A stretch of DNA of 64,000 bases from Desulfobacterales bacterium (GCA_040771865.1 JAXGZF010000003.1:248001-312000), one strand, 5' to 3'; counted from the first letter of the stretch, positions 41,909-51,648 are shown. Numbers and translations are program-made. Notes: generated by a model not told the origin, from the letters alone.

Positions 41909-41962
41909 TTCGGTTTCTTATACAGCGCCGATCGGGTTGTGTAAGAGACCGAATTTTTTTTT
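41909..41962 (+). terminator. Hairpin/terminator between precursor and maturase
   Basis: TTCGGTTTCTTATACAGC-loop-GTTGTGTAAGAGACCGAA: 18-bp stem with three G-U pairs, then 9 T. Confidence 0.8.
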
Positions 41963-42054
41963 AAACTCCGATACGGCTTTTGCCTGTGGCAACATCTGAA
42001 TTCCGACGATGAACCTTATTTCAGCAGGCGGGCCATCCAAACAGTCGGACGGAT

Positions 42055-43356
42055 ATGAAACTTTCCCATTATCTGAAGATATTTGAATCCAGGGACAATC
42101 CGGACGAATGCATCGCATTTTCCACGAAGAGAGCCTCGATTGTTCAGCTTGCACGAGAAACCCTGAATGAGATCTCCTCCGGAGATCTTTGCCGGGAGGA
42201 TGCCGAGCTTCTTGCCCGACTTGAGATCATTGTTCCGAATGTGGAGGCCGAAAAAAAAGCGATGCTCGCCTTTGGCAGGACCTGGGGGCGGAGCAGCCCG
42301 GTGCTCAACATCGTGGCGATTCTGAATCTGGACTGCAATTTTGCCTGCCCGTATTGCTACGAGAATGGCATCAAGGGGGATTTCTACATGTCCCGGCAGA
42401 CGGCCGATGCGCTGATTGCGTTTGCCAAGCAGCGTTTCGATGCCGACAAGAAGATGCTGCTGGCGGATTTTCACGGCGGAGAACCCCTCCTGAGCCTGGC
42501 TCTGATCCGCCATATCTCCGGGGCGCTCAAACCCTTTGTGGAATCAAGAGGCGGAACTTATTCCATTACCCTGGTGACCAACGGGTCGCTGCTAAACCGG
42601 AAAACCGTGGAAGCGCTGAAAACCCTGGGGCTTGAAAGCGTCAAGATCACGCTGGACGGTCCCGCGGAGCTGCACAATTCAAGCCGTCCCTACAAGTCCG
42701 GCGCCGGTACCTTTGATATTATTATCAACCATATCAAGGAGATCTGCGATCTTGTCAAGGTCAATATCGGCGGAAACTTTGAAGAGGGTAATTATCGGCG
42801 GTTTCCCGAGCTTCTGGATGTGCTGATCGATGAAGGGCTGACTCCGGACAGGGTCGGCGTCGTCAAGTTCGATCCCATTACCGCGAGTAAACATCCGCCC
42901 GAAGCTATGGCGGTCTATCAGGGCGGCTGTGCCAGCATCAACGAACCCTGGCTGGTGGAGGCCGAGGCCTTTTTGCGGGAGGCGATTTTTACCCGCGGAT
43001 ACCGGACCGTCAAGCCTCAGCCCGCCTTCTGCATGGTGGAGTCGGAAAACTGTTTTACCGTCAACTGGGACGGCGGGATTTACAAATGTCCGGCGTTTGC
43101 GGGCAGGCGGCGATTTCAGATCGGGGACCTGAAATCCGGGGTTTGCAATGCTTTCGACCCATACCATGTCCGGCACTGGGAAAAAAACCAGGACTGCAGG
43201 AATTGCGAATATCTGCCCATGTGCTTCGGCGGATGCCGGTTTTTAAAATGGATCCGCGACGGCAGGATTGATGAGGTGGACTGCAAAAAGCCATACCTTG
43301 ATGCGGCCCTCGAAGGGCTGATACTGCAGGAGGTTCGATATCGCGATGGCCGGTAA
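42055..43356 (+). CDS. Radical SAM/SPASM peptide maturase (geopeptide-maturase-like)
   Basis: CNFACPYC, FHGGEPLL, VTNGSLL, ITLDGP; SPASM region C...GGIYKC...CRNCEYLPMCFGGC...C; ~80-aa N-terminal extension that may bind the leader. Confidence 0.9.
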   Translation: MKLSHYLKIFESRDNPDECIAFSTKRASIVQLARETLNEISSGDLCREDAELLARLEIIVPNVEAEKKAMLAFGRTWGRSSPVLNIVAILNLDCNFACPYCYENGIKGDFYMSRQTADALIAFAKQRFDADKKMLLADFHGGEPLLSLALIRHISGALKPFVESRGGTYSITLVTNGSLLNRKTVEALKTLGLESVKITLDGPAELHNSSRPYKSGAGTFDIIINHIKEICDLVKVNIGGNFEEGNYRRFPELLDVLIDEGLTPDRVGVVKFDPITASKHPPEAMAVYQGGCASINEPWLVEAEAFLREAIFTRGYRTVKPQPAFCMVESENCFTVNWDGGIYKCPAFAGRRRFQIGDLKSGVCNAFDPYHVRHWEKNQDCRNCEYLPMCFGGCRFLKWIRDGRIDEVDCKKPYLDAALEGLILQEVRYRDGR

Positions 43357-43376
43357 TCCACCGGTTGTCAATCTAT

Positions 43377-43520
43377 CAGGCTGTTGAAAAACTGCGTCTG
43401 AGGCCGCCATTCAGTGTTGCGCGGCTCTCGCCAATGCTCGCATATAGCTTGAATATGCTGCGCTTGTCGTATCGCCGCACGCCTTGCCTGACGGCCTGAT
43501 TCTTGTTTTTCAACACCCTA
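43377..43520. mobile_element. MITE-like repeat, copy 2 (144 bp)
   Basis: CAGGCTGTTGAAAAAC...GTTTTTCAACACCCTA, flanked by CTAT and TTAT (imperfect duplication). Confidence 0.85.
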
Positions 43521-45488
43521 TTATAGCAGCCCGATCTCCCAGTTCCATATTCCGGGACGTTTTTTCAGCTCCATGCTTTTCGGCGTTGATTCATCTAAAT
43601 GCACAAACAGTGTGTATCCGGCTTTTTGAAGCCCCGGCAGCTTGTCTCGAAGATCCAGCTTCCAGTTCGGATAAATCCAGAAATTGCCTCCCTCAGGACG
43701 GACCCAGGCCAGTTCTCTCTTCGGGCTTGAAAAAGGCGCCAGCGGTTTGAGACGGTCGGAAAGAACTCTGGATATGCACAGGGGCCAGAAGCCTTCGATG
43801 ACGATTCCCAGAGGAAGGGGGCTGTGTTCGGGAAGCTCTAGAAAGTCTTTTGCGCTCAGTTCCGGGGAGACGATCGCTCCGGAAAATCCCAGGGATGCCA
43901 GGGCTTCGACGGCCAGCTCATTGGCGATGTTGCAGAAAGGTCCGGCCCAGAGATTCAAGCCCCTTTCACCCTCAAAAAAACCCGTCTGCCAGGGGGCGTT
44001 GAGTACGAAACGGCGAGCGCCAAGGCCAATCGCCTGCCGAATCATCGGCTGCAAAACAGGCTCGTCCTCAGCCCAGACCGCCGGAGACAGCCACCACCAG
44101 ATATTCGGAACTGATTTTTTCCCTGCCTGCCCAAGCATTTCTTCCGAAAGCCACAGACCGCAGGTCGACCTGGCGCCGTGCTTTTCAAGGCTTCGGCAGA
44201 CATTTAGGTTCATAGGTCTGGTGCGGCCTTTAAATCCGCGAGGAAGTTGAACGGATGCCGGAGCGTCGGGGACAGCGGCGGGAATCTGAAGCCTTGCATC
44301 CTGTTCGCGGATCAGCCGCTCCAGGGCCGGTTCCCGGCGGTCCACCAGAAAAACCGGCGTGCCTCTCGCGGGAACCGGTTTTTTGGAAAATTTCAGATGC
44401 AGACGGCCTTTTTTCGGCACATGCATGCCCACCCGGTATACCGCATGTCCGGGTTCATCCTCGTAGCCGATGCGAAGCACATCGCCGGGCAGAAGCGCCT
44501 CGCGGGGAATCAGGCAAGGGCTTTTCCCACTCCCCTGTATGTTTCCCATTAAAAGACCGGATCCGGTCTGGCGCTCGGTATCCACGGGATTCCAGAACCG
44601 CTGGGGCAAAAACCGGTAATGGGTTGACGGTCGGCCCAGGGCCTGGGCCAGAAGATCCATGGCCGATTTTTTCATCCGGCTGTCATCGCCGTGATCCCGA
44701 AGCATCTGATAGGCCTTGACCGTATAATAGACATAGTGCGGGCCTTTTTTCCGTCCTTCTATTTTCCATGCCCGAATCTGAGGTATCGGCAGGAGTGTTT
44801 TAACTAGAGTGTCCAGGCTCAGGTCCTGGCACGAAAAAAATCTTCGAATTCGGCCGTCCTGTTCATAGCGCCTGCGGCAGGGCTGAACGCACCGTCCCCT
44901 CAGGCCGCTTTTCCCTCCCAGATAGCTGCTCCAGTAGCATCGTCCGGAAATGCCGTAGCACAGGGCGCCGTGGACAAACACTTCAAGATCCAGCCCCGGC
45001 GGGCATGAGCCGGCCAGGACCTTGATTTCGTCGATGTTCAGCTCCCGGGGGATAACCACGCGCCGGACGCCCAGTGTTTTATGGATTGGACCGAGGGCTG
45101 CCGCAAATCCGGCATTGGCCAGGGTCGAGAGATGAATTTCTCCTGAAAAACCAAGCTGGCGGGCCAGAGATATCAGGGCAAGATCCTGAACGATCATGGC
45201 GTCCGGCCCGACGTTTTGTATAAGGCCCCGAACCAGGGATGCGGTCTGAGAAATTTCGTCGGAACGGATCAGCGAGTTGAAGGCGACATACACCCGTGCC
45301 TTTTGTTCATGGGCCAGCGCGGTCAGGCCCGAGAGTTCCTCGATCGTAAAATTGGGGGCTTCCATGCGGGCGGAAAATTGTTTCAGCCCGCAGTATACCG
45401 CATCCGCGCCGGCGGCCAGGGCGGCCAGAAACGCGGATTTGTTACCGGCGGGCGCCAGAATTTCCGGAACTGCGAACGGTTTCATCAT
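43521..45488 (-). CDS. Peptidase U32 family Fe-S protein (RlhA-like RNA hydroxylation)
   Basis: EILAPAG, GADAVYCG, FSAR, EVFVHGALCYGISGRC...RGRCVQPCRR, KIEGRKK. Confidence 0.85.
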   Translation of the reverse strand: MMKPFAVPEILAPAGNKSAFLAALAAGADAVYCGLKQFSARMEAPNFTIEELSGLTALAHEQKARVYVAFNSLIRSDEISQTASLVRGLIQNVGPDAMIVQDLALISLARQLGFSGEIHLSTLANAGFAAALGPIHKTLGVRRVVIPRELNIDEIKVLAGSCPPGLDLEVFVHGALCYGISGRCYWSSYLGGKSGLRGRCVQPCRRRYEQDGRIRRFFSCQDLSLDTLVKTLLPIPQIRAWKIEGRKKGPHYVYYTVKAYQMLRDHGDDSRMKKSAMDLLAQALGRPSTHYRFLPQRFWNPVDTERQTGSGLLMGNIQGSGKSPCLIPREALLPGDVLRIGYEDEPGHAVYRVGMHVPKKGRLHLKFSKKPVPARGTPVFLVDRREPALERLIREQDARLQIPAAVPDAPASVQLPRGFKGRTRPMNLNVCRSLEKHGARSTCGLWLSEEMLGQAGKKSVPNIWWWLSPAVWAEDEPVLQPMIRQAIGLGARRFVLNAPWQTGFFEGERGLNLWAGPFCNIANELAVEALASLGFSGAIVSPELSAKDFLELPEHSPLPLGIVIEGFWPLCISRVLSDRLKPLAPFSSPKRELAWVRPEGGNFWIYPNWKLDLRDKLPGLQKAGYTLFVHLDESTPKSMELKKRPGIWNWEIGLL

Positions 45489-45671
45489 GGTTTTCCAAAG
45501 CTGTCTGAAAAGAGAACGTTTCCTTATGGAGACGAGTTGAAATTGCATCGGGCCGATTCGGCGCTTTTCATTCCGGAAATTATCGAATATGATTCAGCAT
45601 GTCCACAGGTTTTATGATTTGCAAGCCGGCCGCATGAAAAACGGCTGTATGAAAGCAAGACTTCAATAACC

Positions 45672-47759
45672 ATGACGATGCGCAGTCAGCATTACCGGAG
45701 ACGGTCCGGTGCCAAAATTGTCAAAATTACCCCCCAGGCGGATGCCAGCCTGAAGAAGGTCTTTTCATCCATCGGGGTTCCCGGAAAACGTCCTTTTAAA
45801 CCGGATCCTTTCCAGCTTGAGGCGCTTGAGGTTCTTCGGACCGATGATTGTCTGGTCACCGCTCCGACCGGAGCCGGAAAAACCTGGATTGCCGAGCAGG
45901 CCATCGAGCGGATTCGCCGGAAAGGCGGCAGATCGTGGTACGCTTCCCCCTTAAAAGCGCTGAGCAATTCCAAGTATATTGAGTTTTCAAGGATATTCGG
46001 CCCTGAGAATGTCGGCATTCTGACCGGAGACCGGAAGGAAAACTCTGATGCCCCGATCGTTGTGGGAACCACGGAGATACTGAGAAACCAGCTTTACGAT
46101 GCCATGCATGAAGGCAAAACCCTGAACACGGATTTCGTGGTTCTCGACGAGGCCCATTTCCTGGGAGATCCGGAACGGGGCGTGGTCTGGGAGGAGATCA
46201 TGATCTATCTTCCCGGCCGCATTCCTTTGCTGCTGCTGTCCGCCACCATCGGCAACGCCCGGCAGATTGCCCAGTGGCTCGGCGCCATCCGTTCCCGTTC
46301 CTGCAGGGTCGTTGAGGAAAGCCGCCGGCCGGTTCCCCTGTTCCCCCTGTTTTTTCATCCGACCGGAAAACTCTATCCACTGCTCAATCCAGAAGGTCCC
46401 CGGCGGATATTTAAAAATGTCCGCTCCTTTATCAGCAGCCAGTCGCCGCCGGTTCTCGCCCCGGCCCGCAAGCTTCCGCCCTTTGCCGACATTCTGCGGG
46501 TTCTGAGAAAATACCGTCTGCTTCCGGCCATTTTTTTTCTCAAATCCCGGGCGGATTGCGATGCCGCTCTGGAACGGTGCATGGATAATCTCATCGAAGA
46601 TTCGGACCGCAAGATGCATTTAACCCAAAGGATTTCAGAGATTATCGCCGATCACCCTCACATGTCGGCGCACCGGCAGCGCTGGCACCTGGAGCATCTC
46701 GCCGTGGGCGCTCATCACAGCGGGCAGCTGCCGTCCTGGAAACTGGTTCTGGAACAGCTGCTGACCGACGGGCTTCTGGATGCGGTTTTCGCCACATCCA
46801 CCGTGGCCGCCGGCGTCAACTTTCCGGCTCGCACCGTAGTGTTTCTCAATTCAGACCGTTACAATGGCGTTGAGTTTCTGCCCCTGACCGCGACCGAACT
46901 GCATCAGATGACCGGCAGGGCCGGAAGAAGGGGAATGGACCGCATCGGTTTCGCCATGGCGATTCCAGGTCCGTTCATGGACCTGCGGCTGATTGCCCGG
47001 CTGATGGTTTCACCCCCTTCGGATGTGCTCAGCCAGATTCGCATGAATTTTTCCATGGTATTGAACCTGCTTTTGTCCCACGGTCCGGACCAGATCGAAG
47101 AACTCCTGGACAAGTCTTTTGCCGCCTTTCAGATGTTTCAAACCCAAAAGCGACCGGCAGCGGATGTTGAAACCGCTCCCAAAGCCTTGTGGATTGATTT
47201 TTTAAGGCATCTGAATTTTCTGAAGGAAACCGGTTTTGTGAAGCCCGACGGCGCCCTGACCGAAGACGGTCTGTGGGCCGCCCGGCTGCGGGTCGATCAG
47301 CCGGTTCTGATCGCCGAAGGCTTTCGAAGAAAGCTCTTTCCCGAGTCTGATTCCGGGCTGATGGCCGGCGTGGTGGCCGCATTTGTCAACGAGAAAAGCA
47401 CCGACGAGGGGGCGGATCAGTCTTTTGTTCCCAAGGCCCTGCTTCGGGTTTTTCTGAAAATTAAAAAGGGGTTGAAACCCTTTGCCGCAAATATGTCCAG
47501 GCAGGGCTTTGAGGTGCGGCAGCTTTTTTTCCGGCCGGCCGCGGCCGTTTACGCCTGGGCTCTGGGCTGGCCCTGGGAAGATGTGGTTCGGATTTCGGAG
47601 ATGGCCGAAGGGGATCTGGCCATGCTGATTCTGCGAACCGCCGACAATCTCCGGCATGTCCGGGCTTTGAGCGAGGCCTTCCCTGAAGCGGCTCAGACCG
47701 CCGGTGAAGCTATTGACAGGATTCTGCGTGACCCTGTGCTCATGGAGTATTCGGGGTAG
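45672..47759 (+). CDS. Ski2/HelY-like DEAH-box RNA helicase
   Basis: APTGAGKT, SPLKALSN, GTTEILRNQLY, LDEAH, LSATIGN, HHSGQLP, QMTGRAGRRGMD, EGDL. Confidence 0.9.
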   Translation: MTMRSQHYRRRSGAKIVKITPQADASLKKVFSSIGVPGKRPFKPDPFQLEALEVLRTDDCLVTAPTGAGKTWIAEQAIERIRRKGGRSWYASPLKALSNSKYIEFSRIFGPENVGILTGDRKENSDAPIVVGTTEILRNQLYDAMHEGKTLNTDFVVLDEAHFLGDPERGVVWEEIMIYLPGRIPLLLLSATIGNARQIAQWLGAIRSRSCRVVEESRRPVPLFPLFFHPTGKLYPLLNPEGPRRIFKNVRSFISSQSPPVLAPARKLPPFADILRVLRKYRLLPAIFFLKSRADCDAALERCMDNLIEDSDRKMHLTQRISEIIADHPHMSAHRQRWHLEHLAVGAHHSGQLPSWKLVLEQLLTDGLLDAVFATSTVAAGVNFPARTVVFLNSDRYNGVEFLPLTATELHQMTGRAGRRGMDRIGFAMAIPGPFMDLRLIARLMVSPPSDVLSQIRMNFSMVLNLLLSHGPDQIEELLDKSFAAFQMFQTQKRPAADVETAPKALWIDFLRHLNFLKETGFVKPDGALTEDGLWAARLRVDQPVLIAEGFRRKLFPESDSGLMAGVVAAFVNEKSTDEGADQSFVPKALLRVFLKIKKGLKPFAANMSRQGFEVRQLFFRPAAAVYAWALGWPWEDVVRISEMAEGDLAMLILRTADNLRHVRALSEAFPEAAQTAGEAIDRILRDPVLMEYSG

Positions 47760-48861
47760 GAGGTTTGCGCGAGATTCGGGCCAGATCGTCCAGAGCCTGA
47801 TCGTACCGGTCGATCATCTTCGGCCAGGAAAACCGGTCCATGGCCATGGCCAGTGCTTTTCTCAGCCCGGCAAATTCGGAAAGGTGCGTGATGAAATACT
47901 TCAGCCTGTCGACCAGATCGGTCGCGTTCTGATACAGCACGTCGGCATGGAATTCTGTTGGAATGATCTCGGGATAGGACAAGCGGTTTGGCAGAAGCGG
48001 AAGGCATTCAGAATGAACGGCTTCCACCACGGAGATTCCGAAATTTTCCTGAAATGCCGTGCTGACAACGATATCCCCTTTCGAAAGCCATTGGCGGTAA
48101 TCCTTCCGCGACGGGACATGGCCGTACTGGACGATCTGTTCTGAATATCTGCGCCGGGCTTCGGCAAATACCGCCGGCTGGCGGCTGAATTGCTCACCCA
48201 GCAGCGCCAGACGGAATTCCAGTCCTTCATCGACGATCCGGTTCAGGGCGTAAAAAAATGTGTCCGGATCTTTGTCAAATTCCCATCGATGATTCCAGAT
48301 GATCAGGGGAGGAAGGCCATCCTCAGACGTTTCCGGGCCGGATTCCGTTTCGCCGAACTCGCATCCGGGATGAAGCACGCCGGATTTGGCGCGAATCTCG
48401 TCGACAACCCAAAGCGGCCGGAATTCAGGCATCTTTCGAATGAAGTTCGGAAGCATCGCAAAAAATGTCTGATAATGGGTTTCGGAGTTGAAGAGAATCC
48501 GATCGGCGTTCAGCGCCGTGGTGATATCGGTAAATCCGTACTGCAGATCCATCGACTCGCCTGAAGCCAGCGGATAGGTGAGCTGGTTTTCATGAAAATA
48601 CACCAGAACCGGCGGACAGTTTGAACCGGCCAGGGCACTGAAGTCCGAAAGGCTCATCATGCTGGAGATGATCAGCCCGTCATACGCTTTCAGATCGGGG
48701 ATCTGCCGAATGAAATGCAGGGCCGCTCCGCGCATGCGCCACTTCCAGAACCGGGCGGGCAGATGGACTAAATCGATTTCATGTCTGGAGAACTTTTGAA
48801 GCCCTTCTGCAAAATACCGGTGAGAGCCTCCGAAAAAAGGCTCCATGAATAAAAATTTCAT
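47740..48861 (-). CDS. DUF3524 / GT-B glycosyltransferase (GTDC1/QTMAN-like)
   Basis: EPFFGGSH, LPARFWKWRMRGAA, YFHENQLTYP, WNHRWEFDKDP, ENFGISVVEA, LSYPE. Confidence 0.8.
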   Translation of the reverse strand: MKFLFMEPFFGGSHRYFAEGLQKFSRHEIDLVHLPARFWKWRMRGAALHFIRQIPDLKAYDGLIISSMMSLSDFSALAGSNCPPVLVYFHENQLTYPLASGESMDLQYGFTDITTALNADRILFNSETHYQTFFAMLPNFIRKMPEFRPLWVVDEIRAKSGVLHPGCEFGETESGPETSEDGLPPLIIWNHRWEFDKDPDTFFYALNRIVDEGLEFRLALLGEQFSRQPAVFAEARRRYSEQIVQYGHVPSRKDYRQWLSKGDIVVSTAFQENFGISVVEAVHSECLPLLPNRLSYPEIIPTEFHADVLYQNATDLVDRLKYFITHLSEFAGLRKALAMAMDRFSWPKMIDRYDQALDDLARISRKPPTPNTP

Positions 48862-49658
48862 GGGTTGCCGTTGAAATCCCCCGTATATTCTGCGGAAACC
48901 AGCTCGCCGACGAAATTGCCGATTTGCACCTTTACGGGAATTTTCCGGTGGTCGGCGGTTAACCAGAGCTTGAGTTCCGTATCCTTTGCCTTTTTAAATT
49001 CGCCCCCGACATGTTTCAGTTCGGATTCCAGCAGAAAAGCTTCAAAGCTGCCGGCCGGCACCGATACGGTTTCCTTTGATGCCACCCTGGCCGTTGCGTT
49101 CACAATTTTTTTCCCGTCGGTCGCCGGACGGACGATTTCGTCATTTTCTTTCATATCGACGGATCTGATGTAATAAAAAATTCCCAGCGGATCAAAGGTG
49201 CCGGGCTTTATCGGAATCGGCTTTTTACTTTTTCCGAAATTCGTGTAGGTGGCGGTTTGTTTTTCCCAGTCAAAGGAGACCTCGATATCCCGTTTCGAGC
49301 CGCCTTCCTGCTGTTTTTTCCGATACAGAGTCGAGTGTGAAAGGGCGGTGTCGACAAAGGCGTCAATCCGGTCGCGGACCTTGTAGAAAACGTCTATAAC
49401 GGAGTTGGAACTGGCGGTGAGAACAAAATGATAGGAATCCACTCCATTGACCGTTTTGATCGGCATGACCCGCATTTCGGCTGATCCGGCCGGAATAACG
49501 CCCCATCGAATGGAAAATGACAGTTTTTCTCCGGGCTGAAGCGCCGAGGACGGATTGATGCAGTAAGCCGTATTCCGCATGGCTCCAGCAATCGTCAATG
49601 CAATGACAAGAATTTTTGCGACAGATATCATGTTCGTTGAGCATGCTTTGTTTATCAT
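48858..49658 (-). CDS. DUF3108-like exported beta-rich protein
   Basis: GEKLSFSIRWG...AGSA, FYKVRD, DPLGIFYYIR, VSVPAGSFEA, LWLTADHRKIPVK. Confidence 0.75.
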   Translation of the reverse strand: MINKACSTNMISVAKILVIALTIAGAMRNTAYCINPSSALQPGEKLSFSIRWGVIPAGSAEMRVMPIKTVNGVDSYHFVLTASSNSVIDVFYKVRDRIDAFVDTALSHSTLYRKKQQEGGSKRDIEVSFDWEKQTATYTNFGKSKKPIPIKPGTFDPLGIFYYIRSVDMKENDEIVRPATDGKKIVNATARVASKETVSVPAGSFEAFLLESELKHVGGEFKKAKDTELKLWLTADHRKIPVKVQIGNFVGELVSAEYTGDFNGNP

Positions 49659-49722
49659 TCAGGCACTTGTTTAAAAAAAACGAAAATCATGTTTTCGTTT
49701 CATTCCCTCATAGATGGATTAG

Positions 49723-49865
49723 CAGGCTGTTGAAAAACTGCGTCTAAGGCCGCCATACAGCGTTGCGCGGCTCTCGCCAATGCTCACATATACTTGAATA
49801 TGCCGCGCTTGTCGAATCGCCGCGCGCCTTGTCTGACGACCAGATTCTTGTTTTTCAACACCCTG
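49723..49865. mobile_element. MITE-like repeat, copy 3 (143 bp)
   Basis: CAGGCTGTTGAAAAAC...GTTTTTCAACACCCTG, flanked by TTAG direct repeats. Confidence 0.85.
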
Positions 49866-49991
49866 TTAGGCTTTGCAACCCGCAGAGCGGGGTTCACGGC
49901 GCCTTCAAATATTTTATTCAATATAGTAACCATCGTTCGCTAAATCAAATTGAAGGTTTTCTGCATAAAGCGAAAATCTTTGTGAACCGGA

Positions 49992-51218
49992 TTATCCGAT
50001 GAAGCGCTGCATCTCAAAGATTGGAAGACAGATGGAGAGTACGATTAAACCCACGGCAACCCCCATGACAAGAATCATCACCGGCTCGAGAAGTGAGGTT
50101 ATTCTCAGTACGGTCGATTCGACCTCCTTTTCGAAAACGTCTGCGATTTTGTTCAACATGGTTTCGAGTTCTCCGCTTTGCTCTCCCACTTGAATCATCT
50201 GGATGGACAGCATCGGAAACACCTTGCTCTCCGCCATGGATGCTCCCAGTCCCTGACCTTTGCCAACCGCCGTGGCTGCGGCTTCGATGGCGTCGGTGAT
50301 CAGGATGTTTCCGGCGATATTTTTGACGATTTCCAGGGCGGTGAGCATGGACACCCCGTTTTCAAGCAGGGAGGCCAGTGTGCGGCTGAAGCGGGCAACG
50401 GAGAGTTTACACAGCATCGGGCCGATTCCAGGTATTTTCAACGCAGCCTTGTCGATGAAACGGCGTCCTTTGCGGGTTTTCCTAAAACTTCGTATGCCGG
50501 CCGTCGCTACAATGACAAGTGGAATCGCAAGCCACCCGTAGGATTTAAGGAAATTGCTGATTCCGATCAGAAAAAGCGTTGGCGCGGGCAGATTTTGTTT
50601 CATCTCCGCAAAAATGCCGGTGATGTTGGGAACGACAATACTCATCAGGAAAAAAAGAACAGCGGCCCCTACCAGCGCCATGAAGACCGGATAGGCCAGA
50701 GCGGAGTTTATCTTGCTCTTAAGCGCCTCCTGTTTTTCAGTCAGATCCGCGAGCCGATCCAGGACGATATCCAGGGTTCCGGAGGATTCTCCGGCTCGAA
50801 TCATGTTGATATACAGCGGAGAAAAAATTCCGGCATATGGCGTTAAGGCGCCGGAAAAGCTGTTTCCCCCCAGGATGGAATCCTTGACCTTGGCGAGCGT
50901 CTTTTTCAGGGAATGGGATTTGGTCTGTGGAATAAGGGTATCAAGGGCCGATACCAGAGGAAACCCCGCTCCCACCAGGGTGGCGAGCTGGCGGGTTGTC
51001 AGCGCAATTTCTGAAGCCCGCACACGGATCAGGGCGCCGGTCAGGGGGAAAAATCGGTATTTTTTGAGAGGCGCTGAGTCGATGGCTTCCTTGATGGCTA
51101 CGGGAAATATTCCCTGGCCGCGGAGTTTTTGCCGGGCGGCGGTCGCGCTTTCCGCATCCATGATTCCGGAGACGGTTTTGCCCTTTTTGTCGAGTGCGTT
51201 GTATTCGTATACCGGCAT
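49992..51218 (-). CDS. gspF: Type II secretion inner-membrane platform protein GspF
   Basis: MPVYEYNALD, TRQLATLVGAG, AGESSGTL, ALAYP, VGEQSGEL, LLEPVMIL. Confidence 0.88.
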   Translation of the reverse strand: MPVYEYNALDKKGKTVSGIMDAESATAARQKLRGQGIFPVAIKEAIDSAPLKKYRFFPLTGALIRVRASEIALTTRQLATLVGAGFPLVSALDTLIPQTKSHSLKKTLAKVKDSILGGNSFSGALTPYAGIFSPLYINMIRAGESSGTLDIVLDRLADLTEKQEALKSKINSALAYPVFMALVGAAVLFFLMSIVVPNITGIFAEMKQNLPAPTLFLIGISNFLKSYGWLAIPLVIVATAGIRSFRKTRKGRRFIDKAALKIPGIGPMLCKLSVARFSRTLASLLENGVSMLTALEIVKNIAGNILITDAIEAAATAVGKGQGLGASMAESKVFPMLSIQMIQVGEQSGELETMLNKIADVFEKEVESTVLRITSLLEPVMILVMGVAVGLIVLSICLPIFEMQRFIG

Positions 51219-51525
51219 AGGATGGATGACTCCAGATCAGATGGGTGGAATGTTATTGTTCCTGCGGCCCGTCAGCGAAGTCGGCGGTTTCCGCATGAGA
51301 CCGGTAATCCCTCTATCCTGATTTTCAGACCCTATATCTTTCGCCGCACATTCCAATCATTTCTGAGTCGATTGCGGTTCCGGTCCGTCGGCATTCAAGG
51401 CACGGGTAACAGTTCCGGTTCACGCGGTTGAACATTAGCGCACTTTTTGACTCTTTAAAACCTTTTTGATGCTGAATCGCGACGGAAGCGCTGAGAAAGG
51501 GCGGCAGAATGAATGCCGGGTCATA

Positions 51526-51570
51526 TAAACACGAAAGCCGCTTATTGCGAATAAACGGCTTTCGTGTTTA
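51526..51570 (-). terminator. Hairpin downstream of tRNA-Pro
   Basis: TAAACACGAAAGCCG...CGGCTTTCGTGTTTA inverted repeat. Confidence 0.7.
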
Positions 51571-51571
51571 C

Positions 51572-51648
<77 letters not shown>

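Noticed and set aside
43521..45488. U32 'peptidase' as the leader protease of the RiPP locus
   Set aside because: It is convergent and separated by a MITE, and it carries the Cys cluster of U32 Fe-S hydroxylation proteins, which are not established proteases.
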